From a virus (Duplodnaviria; Caudoviricetes): DNA of 51,908 nt. The DNA lies in IMG/VR virus record IMGVR_UViG_3300037631_003842, positions 1 to 51,908 of that record; one strand, given 5' to 3'. The position numbers and the translations under genes were made by a program. Shown here one piece after another: positions 16,482-25,184 of the stretch. The notes beneath the pieces were generated by a model. That model did not search any database, was not told where the DNA came from, and was given only the letters and a program-made list of their open reading frames with translations. Position 1 is the first letter of the stretch; the number at the start of each line of letters is the position of its first letter.

Positions 16482-19136
16482 TTAACTAAAGTATGTTGTT
16501 TGACTACATTCGAAAGTAATAACGATACGCTTATCATTTCTGTTAGATTGAGGTATATCTGTAACACATAGACCAATATATTCACCATTGTTAATAGTCG
16601 TTGATGTTGTTCTTGTTGATGCAGCTTGACCTAAAACATTATCACTCCCTGAAGAGTTTGTTAGTGTAAATGAAGTGCCTACCTGTGTCCAAGTATTTGC
16701 TATAGCAGCACTATCACTTGCAGCTTTACAAAGACTAAACCCAAGAGAAACATTCTTCATCTCACCACAGAATACGTGAGTTGCATTAAGAGTAATAGGA
16801 TTACCAGTTGTATTCTTGACCCAATAAATGCAAGCTTGTGATGCATCTGCAAAACTATTCATACTGCCACCAGTAAATGAAGCTTCACCAGCAACTTCTC
16901 GTGTAACGTGTGTTGAATAAATAATTTTCTCAACTGGAGACTCAAACTCTACTGTTGATACGCCAGTGCTTGTGCTTGTAATGACCATAACATCACCAGA
17001 AGCTCCAGCACCAGATGGCAACTCAATAGTATGGTCAGCACCTTGTTTAGACTGTGTTGTAAGGATTAACTTATCTCCACTACTATCAACAAGAGCAAGT
17101 TTAGGCTCAGATGAAGCTGTTGTTGCTTGAACTTGGACTTCGTCTGTATTAAGTAATATATTACCTGATAAAGAAGCTCCGTTATCTCCTGCTAAGAACT
17201 TAAGTGTGCCTGCAGAGCCATTATCATTCAATGAAGAGAAATCTTGTAAAATTATCTGGCCACTTACTGTAAGTGCATCACCAACAGAAACATCGTCACC
17301 AAATGAAGCATCTTCAGCCCAAAGCTTTCTAACACGTTTATTAGAAGAGCCTACGTCATATGTGCCAGTAACTTCTGGGAGTAAATGATTAGATGAGATA
17401 TTCCAATTTGCTGCAGTAAATCCACCACTGCCATCTGCTAACTGTATATCATCAGCACTACCTGAAGAGCTACTCCCGCTCCCACCATTTGCTGCAACAT
17501 AATCTGCAATAGCTGCTGCTGTCATAAGTTGGTCGTCTGTATCTGCAAAAGTTTCTGAAGAAAGTAAAACGCTACTGTTTGCAAACTGTGTGAGAGTTAG
17601 ACCGCTAACGTTTAATGTAACATCACCAGTTGTCCCTCCGCCAGTTAATCCTGTGCCTGCAACGACTGAAGTTATATCACCTGCAGATGTTACATAACCT
17701 TTACTCTCAATTAAATCATTAATAGCAGCAGCACTCATTAGAGATGCATCGTTATCAACAAAACTTTCTCCGCTTGTCAATAAAGCAGAAGCATTGAGAT
17801 GTGATGTATCAAGGTTTGACACGTTTAAAGTAACAGTGCCAGCAGTGCCACCTCCAGTTAAACCTAATCCAGCAACTACTTCAGTAATATCTCCATTAGC
17901 AGCTGAAATTGTTTCGGTCACAAAGTTTGTGCCATCCCATTTAACGAAGCCGTTTGTCACCTTAGTCCCTAAAATACTTGGCACTTCTTTAGCAACACTA
18001 CTTGCAGTGATACTCATTACACCGCCAGAAGCTATAGAAATAACACCGTTCTCCATATCTATGCTTTCTCCACTTAGATATAGGTCATTCCATCTTCTAT
18101 TTTCTGCACCTAAGTCTATGCCTTTATTTGACTGAGGAGTGAAAGCTATTATGTCTGCAACTTGGATTTCATTCTCTTCAATATCATATCCCATTCTTGC
18201 ATAAGTATTGTCGAGCTTAGTCCATAAGATTTCACCTACATCACCTGTATTTTGTGTTGGAGTAAATGCTTCATCTGCAGAGTTTAAGATAATGCCAGTA
18301 TCAAATCTTCTGTGGTCGTAAGGTCTCCAATAAGAGTTAGCGTTATCCCAACGTAATCTATCTCCATCGTTAATTTGTCTTGTATATTCAATATCAGCTA
18401 ATATATCAGCATCTTGTCTTTGAAGCATTACAAGAGCACGGTCTTCAACAGCTTTAGCCATTAGATTTTCACCATTAACATCAATACCTGGGATACCTAA
18501 GCTGTCTGCGTCTTTTATAGCTGTAATTAGTTGTGATGGTATAAGAGCATAGAATGGGCCTTGACCAGCATCCATTTGTGCTTGAGTATAAGTAACTCCA
18601 TCATAGTCATTTGCTTTTGCAACATCTTGTGAAGCAGCTAACTCTACAATACCAGAAGTCCTTGTTGTTGGGTCTGCAGTGCTAAATCCGAATGCATTAT
18701 TAACATCAGCAGCTGTATCTAAGTTTGCTACATAATCAACTAATGCATAATATTCATCGTGCCAGTTTCTTTGACTTTTAGCAGGCTTTTGTAATAGTGT
18801 TGGGCTATGCCTTACCTTGATATCACAAAAAGCTTCATTAGGTGCAAGAAGGGGGTCTGTCTCTGATGATAGTCCAGTTGCCGGATTTGTGGCAATACAG
18901 AAAACTCTGACTGTGCCCCATACATCCATAAATCCTGAAACAGTTCTACCATTATTGGGCAGAGCAAAGTTTGAACCTACAGGCTTGTCAACAACAGACC
19001 AAGAATATGTAAAGTTATCAGGCACACGATTTGGCTCAGCTGTGTCTGACGCGGTGCCTGTTAATATTGCTTCAAAGTTTAGGTCTGTTTGACTGACTGT
19101 ATATTCGTTATTATTTAACGTAACTGTAATTGCCAT
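16482..19136 (-). CDS. tail fibre / receptor-binding protein
   Basis: Ig/PKD-like YSWSVVDKP N-terminus, duplicated GDIT.VVAG.GLTGGG..G.VTLNVS unit, D.G....R motifs typical of fibres. Confidence 0.75.
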   Translation of the reverse strand: MAITVTLNNNEYTVSQTDLNFEAILTGTASDTAEPNRVPDNFTYSWSVVDKPVGSNFALPNNGRTVSGFMDVWGTVRVFCIATNPATGLSSETDPLLAPNEAFCDIKVRHSPTLLQKPAKSQRNWHDEYYALVDYVANLDTAADVNNAFGFSTADPTTRTSGIVELAASQDVAKANDYDGVTYTQAQMDAGQGPFYALIPSQLITAIKDADSLGIPGIDVNGENLMAKAVEDRALVMLQRQDADILADIEYTRQINDGDRLRWDNANSYWRPYDHRRFDTGIILNSADEAFTPTQNTGDVGEILWTKLDNTYARMGYDIEENEIQVADIIAFTPQSNKGIDLGAENRRWNDLYLSGESIDMENGVISIASGGVMSITASSVAKEVPSILGTKVTNGFVKWDGTNFVTETISAANGDITEVVAGLGLTGGGTAGTVTLNVSNLDTSHLNASALLTSGESFVDNDASLMSAAAINDLIESKGYVTSAGDITSVVAGTGLTGGGTTGDVTLNVSGLTLTQFANSSVLLSSETFADTDDQLMTAAAIADYVAANGGSGSSSSGSADDIQLADGSGGFTAANWNISSNHLLPEVTGTYDVGSSNKRVRKLWAEDASFGDDVSVGDALTVSGQIILQDFSSLNDNGSAGTLKFLAGDNGASLSGNILLNTDEVQVQATTASSEPKLALVDSSGDKLILTTQSKQGADHTIELPSGAGASGDVMVITSTSTGVSTVEFESPVEKIIYSTHVTREVAGEASFTGGSMNSFADASQACIYWVKNTTGNPITLNATHVFCGEMKNVSLGFSLCKAASDSAAIANTWTQVGTSFTLTNSSGSDNVLGQAASTRTTSTTINNGEYIGLCVTDIPQSNRNDKRIVITFECSQTTYFS

Positions 19137-19151
19137 TTCTATTTAATCTCC

Positions 19152-20951
19152 TTAAGTTATTTTCTTCAGACCAATCGAAACATTAAATCCGGGCTTAAAG
19201 TTTGTCGATTGATATGCGTATGTAAATATGCCGCTTGGACCCATTTGTAATCTAATACCAGGAGCACTAACTTTAACACCTTGATTATTAGTCCGTCCAA
19301 TTGAAGTCGCAATATTAGCATTCGATAATGACTGTGATGTGCTCCATCCAGTTGTTGCGCCCGGTCTTGCATTGTCATCATCAAAGATAACAAATGCTTC
19401 TACAAATTCTCTATTAGCTGTTATTTGTCTATGACCAGACCCTTGTTCAAAGTAATATGTCCCGTCTGGATGGTCAGGATAAGTTAATGTTTTTGTAATA
19501 GAAAAATGTGTAATCTTATATCCAAGATATTCTGGAGGTAATGAGATTACAAGGCTTCTAAACATTGCTTCGTAAAGTCCTGCATTAGAAATACCTTGAC
19601 CTGAAGTGTTAAAAATTTTACCAGTCGCAGTTTCTGCACCTGCAGAGCCAACATCCATTGCAGGTTGAACGCCTTGAGGCTCAGTGATTGACAAGCTGGA
19701 TGTAAATAGTTCATAAAAGTCTGGCAATATTGTAAAATCAAAATCATTACCGGACCCTGAGTTTGTTGTCATCTTAATAGCTGTTCTTGCTACATTGTCA
19801 GGATATCCAGTTGCAACATATTTTTCAAACTGAAATGTTTTGCTTGAGTGGAGTGTATTATCTTCTTTTGCATCAATAACAGCTTTAAGACCACGTAATG
19901 AATAAGGAGGGTGCTCCGCTTCGAGAGCGTTAGTAACAGTTTTGTTTACTCCAGTTTCGATACCGTAAGCATCATAAACTATATTAACATCATTTCTAAC
20001 ACCCAAATCAGTATCAGCTGGGTCGTTAAGACCAGCACACTGTATTCTATTGATTAGTCTTATAATATGGTCAAAAGCTAATCTAATATCATTTTTAGCT
20101 AATCGACTTGATGTGTTTCTTAATGAAAACGGCTCTGTGATTGTATTAGGTAATTTATCTGCATTAGCAACAGCTCTATCAGAGTGAACGATTGTATTCA
20201 TTACGTTCAATTCATCAGATAAAATGCTGTTCCAGACTGAATTTGCAATCCATCCAGCTTGAGTTGCCCATCCACTAACAGGATTAAGTGTAAAGTTGCC
20301 TCCACCACTATCAGTCCTCATAGAGCTTTCAATACGACCAAACTCCCATTTACCTAAGAATGTGGGATAGTTGCCATTAGCATCCTGTTTATTAACACCT
20401 ATTTCATAAATATCAACAAAAGGCTGCAGTCTTGTTCTATTTCTAATAATTGTATTTTGCTGCACTGTTGAATTTGTATTTACATCAAAGAATGCTCTGT
20501 CTTCACGTTCTTGGTCAGAAACAGGATAAGCAAAAATAGCGAGAGAGGTATAGACTGAATTTACATCATTAAGTCTAAAGTCTGCGGCATTTTCATCAAC
20601 AAATGCTTGGACAGAAGTAAGTGGCATAACACCATAACCCAAATCAATGTCTTCTTGAGAAAAAGTGATAATATCACCTGTATTTCTTTCAACAACTGAA
20701 AATGGTGTTTGTATGCTATAAGTATCATTTACTTGGTCAACTCCAATATATTGTATAATAGTGAGAGGACCATTCATAGCTCTAAACCTGGCAGTGTCTA
20801 ACTGACCACTTATATCAGCAAGACCATAAGGACTGCTTTTATACTGTGCTCCAGTATATTCTTCGAGTTGAGCATAAATATGCTCTTGTAAGTCGTTTGC
20901 ATCTACTTTGTCAAATCTTTGCAATTCGCTAAAGTTTATTTTTTTCTTCAT
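19152..20951 (-). CDS. baseplate wedge / fibre-attachment protein
   Basis: Immediately downstream of baseplate J; synteny only. Confidence 0.5.
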   Translation of the reverse strand: MKKKINFSELQRFDKVDANDLQEHIYAQLEEYTGAQYKSSPYGLADISGQLDTARFRAMNGPLTIIQYIGVDQVNDTYSIQTPFSVVERNTGDIITFSQEDIDLGYGVMPLTSVQAFVDENAADFRLNDVNSVYTSLAIFAYPVSDQEREDRAFFDVNTNSTVQQNTIIRNRTRLQPFVDIYEIGVNKQDANGNYPTFLGKWEFGRIESSMRTDSGGGNFTLNPVSGWATQAGWIANSVWNSILSDELNVMNTIVHSDRAVANADKLPNTITEPFSLRNTSSRLAKNDIRLAFDHIIRLINRIQCAGLNDPADTDLGVRNDVNIVYDAYGIETGVNKTVTNALEAEHPPYSLRGLKAVIDAKEDNTLHSSKTFQFEKYVATGYPDNVARTAIKMTTNSGSGNDFDFTILPDFYELFTSSLSITEPQGVQPAMDVGSAGAETATGKIFNTSGQGISNAGLYEAMFRSLVISLPPEYLGYKITHFSITKTLTYPDHPDGTYYFEQGSGHRQITANREFVEAFVIFDDDNARPGATTGWSTSQSLSNANIATSIGRTNNQGVKVSAPGIRLQMGPSGIFTYAYQSTNFKPGFNVSIGLKKIT

Positions 20952-20964
20952 TATTAAGCTCCGT

Positions 20965-22410
20965 TTAAGTTATATCAACTGTTATAAAGTTTTCGTTAGT
21001 TCTAAACACGACCCTGTTTGACGAAGGATACCTGTCATTTAATAATGCGCAAGCATCTCTTTGTCCAGCAATTAAAATATTAGCTGAAATAATAGGTTGT
21101 GTGTTTAGAAGCTGTCTTACAAGTTGAGCTGGATAGAAAGGTTGCCCAGGAGAGAGTTGATTAACAAAATTAATAGCTTCATTTCTAACTTGGTCAAACA
21201 ATGCATTTAAATCTACGTTGCCAGGATTTATAGGACGAATGACAATATCAAATATTAAGTCTTGAACATCAGGTGGCACCACTCTAACTCTTGTCCCAGC
21301 TGCTCTCCATCCTCGAAGTATATTGCCTCTATTTACATTGCCTTCAATCTCTTCTTGAAGCTCAGCAATAAATCCTTTATAGACATCGTATGGTGCTAAT
21401 CTAAATACATCACCTTCTTCTAATACTCCATCATCAAAAAATATTATACCTCTCTCAGGTATAACTTGATATTTGCCTTCGAAATTAAATGGATTACCGA
21501 ATGCGTCTATTTTTTCGTTGCCATTTGAGTCAACAACTGTAAAATCAAATTCGTGGTCAAATGTGTCTTTAACTGCAGGTCTTTCGAATGAAACAAAGTT
21601 TGCTCCACCTTCAGGAGCTCTAAAAGAAACTCCATAGCCTCTGCCCTTAGAGTTGTATTCTCCTGTGCCGTCGTCAACAATAAGTTCGCAAAGTCCTGGC
21701 TTAGTTGGGTCTTCATAAACTGCTGCAAACGGAAAAGTTGTATTATTTGTATCAATAAAAGATGTTGCTAAAAACTCTAAAGCTGAAATTGATGTTCTAC
21801 CCATAGAGTTAAGATAACGAATAGCTCTATCTCTAAGACTTTGGTCACTTTCTTCTTCGATACCATTAACAAGTGGTGATGAGTTAGTAACTTCTGATAT
21901 CTCACCGGGCATATTGATTATTTGATTAATAACTCCAGTTGCAGCATTACCTACTAAGCCTGTGGCATTACATACAATGCTCACGTTTTCAACTTCTGTA
22001 AATCCTGCAAGTATTACGGCATCTTGTGTGATTGTATAAACTGTGCCATCTTCTGAGGATGCTACTGTTGAGCCGGCTGGTATTATTAGATTTGCTGTTG
22101 GGTCTGCTTCAAGTCTTGTGATAGTCAAAACACTACCACTTGCTGAAGTGCCTCTTTTTCTTGCAATGCCAACAGGAGGCAATTCAGAAACACGAGCATC
22201 TAAATCGGACCCACTTGCATTTTCAAGTGCATAACTTTGTCGCAAGTTAAACATACGACCTTCAGTATTAGAAATTTCGTGTGCTATTGCATTCATAAGT
22301 GTAAAAAGAGAAGACCCAACGTTTATATCGTTTAAGTCAGTTCTATTTACAACTTTGCTCAACAAATCCCTTAATACTGGGAGTGGCAATCTCGGTGTAA
22401 AACGTGGCAT
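20965..22410 (-). CDS. baseplate J-like wedge protein
   Basis: NASGSDLD, IPAGSTV, G..GN, VTN....NG.EEESD..LRDR motifs. Confidence 0.9.
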   Translation of the reverse strand: MPRFTPRLPLPVLRDLLSKVVNRTDLNDINVGSSLFTLMNAIAHEISNTEGRMFNLRQSYALENASGSDLDARVSELPPVGIARKRGTSASGSVLTITRLEADPTANLIIPAGSTVASSEDGTVYTITQDAVILAGFTEVENVSIVCNATGLVGNAATGVINQIINMPGEISEVTNSSPLVNGIEEESDQSLRDRAIRYLNSMGRTSISALEFLATSFIDTNNTTFPFAAVYEDPTKPGLCELIVDDGTGEYNSKGRGYGVSFRAPEGGANFVSFERPAVKDTFDHEFDFTVVDSNGNEKIDAFGNPFNFEGKYQVIPERGIIFFDDGVLEEGDVFRLAPYDVYKGFIAELQEEIEGNVNRGNILRGWRAAGTRVRVVPPDVQDLIFDIVIRPINPGNVDLNALFDQVRNEAINFVNQLSPGQPFYPAQLVRQLLNTQPIISANILIAGQRDACALLNDRYPSSNRVVFRTNENFITVDIT

Positions 22411-22469
22411 AAATTCTCCTGTCGTTCTTTATTATATATTCATTTTAAGCGTTTTTTATTGATTTTTTT

Positions 22470-24302
22470 TTAAATAGGATACGGAGCACGAAGCGGAAAC
22501 GTCTCATTATTAATTGTTTTTAAGTCTAAGCTTACATTAACAGTGCTTTGTTCAATCTCAATAATAATATTGTTTGCATCCGATATTCTTGGGTCTGATA
22601 TCAATAAGTCTCTTATTAGTGTTGCAAGATATGAGCTATCGTTAATCCTACTTAGATTTCTTAGTCCATATGTTTCAAATCCAGGGAGCTCTCCAGCTAC
22701 TGTAAATAGTGCATTCTTTACTGCTTGTTTAACGTTATCTATACCACTTATTAATTCTATTTCTTGTAATCTATCGTTTAAAACAGCGTCATTATAGGGC
22801 ATTCTAATGTCAAATCCTATTAAGTCACCTTCAGCAAGAAAAGGATTGTTCTCAATAAGCAGACTGTTTGGTATTAAAATCTTATCTCCGGGCTGAGGAT
22901 AATCACCTTGTGCATTTCTTCTAAAATCTCTCCAGCCGTTTAAGTCTTGTAAAAGTCTTGCATTAGCTGCTGTCCCTGTAATTTTAGTTGCGATTTGTAT
23001 TAAATCATCATACTTACTTATTTCATATGGTATAGTAAAACGTGTATCTATTTCACCACTACCATTATTACCGTTTTGATTAATAGAAGAAAGATTACTT
23101 TCGTTTGATAACCATTCACCCAGTCTATATTCAGAACCTGTATGTCTCTCGTTAAAATATTCTCTTGGGACAAATCCTCTTAGCACTTGACTATCATTTT
23201 GTAATGCACTTAATGATGCAACAAATTGAGATGTTCTTGTATCTAATATGTCATCACCTGTTAGCGCTGGAGTATTTAACATACTTTGTGCAGTTTGTCT
23301 TAACGAATGTTTAGTTGATGATAATGAAACTACATCTTCGCTTAAACCATCAAAATACTGATTAAACTCTTCAGAAGATGGATATAAAGATGTAACATCT
23401 TCAACTGCTTTATTAAAGTCTGATACTACACCTGCAACATTTCTTGCTAAAGAGCCTGCAGTCTGCGGGATATCTTTAATCCTATTCATAGCAGAAGAAA
23501 CACTTCTTAAAGGTTTTCTTACTCTACTAACATAGTCATTAGATACATTGTCAATAACGTTAGAGACTGTGCCTATTGCTCCAGCTGCTGCATTAATATA
23601 AGCGTCTGCTGTATCTAAAGCATTTAATATTTTATTGCTATATGCTGAAGAATATGCATAATCATATGCTTTCAATACTAATTGATATGCTATATCGTGT
23701 TTATTTGCTGCTGCATTTCTACTATATTGAAATCTCATAGGCTCTACGAACAAATGTAAGTCTTCTTGTATACATCTGACAACCATTTGAACAGAATTTG
23801 ATGATGCACCAGTTTGTGTAACCTTTTTAACGTATTCGTCTGGTGAAGTAATAAGTTTGTTTCTAATGCCGTAATCTAAATTAGAAAGCTCAGTATATCG
23901 TTTAAGAAACTCATCAAATTCTTTAAATGCGTCAAGACCTACTAAGTTTGATATGCCTCCATCACGTGTATATGATATACGTTGAGCAATACCACTTCGT
24001 CCTTCGAATGTTATTTCGTGAGACCTGATAGTATTTGCTTCTCTTATTACTCCACCTAATGTGTATGTAACGTTATGAGGATTTTGTCTGGCATAATTCA
24101 TAGTTGACGGGTCGTAAGGAAAAGATATGACACTATCAACTTGACCACCTTTTCTTATTTCAAGATAGTATTTAGCTGGTATTCTTTGCAGCTGTCCCCA
24201 AAAAGAGTTAGGGTCTGCACCAAATCGATTAAAACCTGGGATTTCTTTACGTGCTCCGGGTATTTTTTTACCAGTTGTTAGAGACTTTGTGCTAAACATC
24301 AT
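22470..24302 (-). CDS. fused baseplate protein (tube-initiator-like N-terminus, LysM-like segment, gp25/gpW-like C-terminus)
   Basis: FPYDP N-terminal domain; YEI...DDL..IA...N...QPGDKILIP LysM-like; GIDNVKQA..L....GE....YG...DPRI gp25-like. Confidence 0.7.
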   Translation of the reverse strand: MMFSTKSLTTGKKIPGARKEIPGFNRFGADPNSFWGQLQRIPAKYYLEIRKGGQVDSVISFPYDPSTMNYARQNPHNVTYTLGGVIREANTIRSHEITFEGRSGIAQRISYTRDGGISNLVGLDAFKEFDEFLKRYTELSNLDYGIRNKLITSPDEYVKKVTQTGASSNSVQMVVRCIQEDLHLFVEPMRFQYSRNAAANKHDIAYQLVLKAYDYAYSSAYSNKILNALDTADAYINAAAGAIGTVSNVIDNVSNDYVSRVRKPLRSVSSAMNRIKDIPQTAGSLARNVAGVVSDFNKAVEDVTSLYPSSEEFNQYFDGLSEDVVSLSSTKHSLRQTAQSMLNTPALTGDDILDTRTSQFVASLSALQNDSQVLRGFVPREYFNERHTGSEYRLGEWLSNESNLSSINQNGNNGSGEIDTRFTIPYEISKYDDLIQIATKITGTAANARLLQDLNGWRDFRRNAQGDYPQPGDKILIPNSLLIENNPFLAEGDLIGFDIRMPYNDAVLNDRLQEIELISGIDNVKQAVKNALFTVAGELPGFETYGLRNLSRINDSSYLATLIRDLLISDPRISDANNIIIEIEQSTVNVSLDLKTINNETFPLRAPYPI

Positions 24303-24316
24303 TACTCCTTTTATGT

Positions 24317-25183
24317 TTATCCTTTAAATGGTGTCTGAATGTATGGATTTAGTGCTTGTCTTGCATAATCCTTAGCTACTTCAGTTGTTGTTGATAAAGC
24401 AGTGCCTGCTCCTTCTCCTAAAGCTAATGTATCAGCTGCAGCTTGATTATCTTCTCGAGCGTTTGCATCTTCTAATTGTGCTAAAGGCTCATTAGGTGGC
24501 TGTAATGCTCTTGCTGCTGTTGCTGCAGTTGTATGCACACCTGCTGCTGCTACAAACTGTTGATTAACAATAGGAGTTGCATTTTGTATCCATTGTGAAT
24601 GTTGATTTATTTTATCTTCTAATTCTTTTATATAAGCAAACAGATTGTCAATAAACTCAGACCCATCAAGCGTATTATCTTGAGTTTGTCCAAATCTACT
24701 TACTCTTAATGCAGCATTTTCACCTAATTGCATTCTAATAGTTCTTTCGCTATCTATAACTATGCCGTTTAAGTGAGTTAAATTTATTTTATTGCCATCG
24801 TTATATAAGACTAAATCTCTTACGTTGTATGATTTTCTATCACTATTATCATCAGCAACTGATAATCCTTGCTCAAATCCTATTTCAGCCGGCTTTAAAG
24901 CTCCTCCTATTGCAACAAGCGGTGCATTACTAAATGTTTTAAGACAGTAAACATATCCACCTATTTCTAAAGGTTGATGGACATATCCTGCGCCGTTTGT
25001 CCCACCACAAAACAGAACATCTACGTTATGATGTAAAGTGCCATCATTAAGTAATACTGAAATGACAGGCTTTAAGTCAGTGGCTCTGGGCGCTATATTT
25101 TTTATTTGTCCGACAACAACTTCTGGGTCTGATATTTCACCTATTTGTTGTCCTACAGATGCATATAGTGGTGCTTGTTTCAT
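24317..25183 (-). CDS. baseplate spike / gpV-like protein
   Basis: OB-fold-like N-terminus then short beta repeats; follows the hub gene. Confidence 0.55.
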   Translation of the reverse strand: MKQAPLYASVGQQIGEISDPEVVVGQIKNIAPRATDLKPVISVLLNDGTLHHNVDVLFCGGTNGAGYVHQPLEIGGYVYCLKTFSNAPLVAIGGALKPAEIGFEQGLSVADDNSDRKSYNVRDLVLYNDGNKINLTHLNGIVIDSERTIRMQLGENAALRVSRFGQTQDNTLDGSEFIDNLFAYIKELEDKINQHSQWIQNATPIVNQQFVAAAGVHTTAATAARALQPPNEPLAQLEDANAREDNQAAADTLALGEGAGTALSTTTEVAKDYARQALNPYIQTPFKG

Positions 25184-25184
25184 T

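Noticed and set aside
16482-19136. Diversity-generating retroelement or invertible fibre cassette
   Set aside because: No reverse transcriptase or invertase, and no template/variable repeat pair found; repeats are ordinary in-frame protein repeats.
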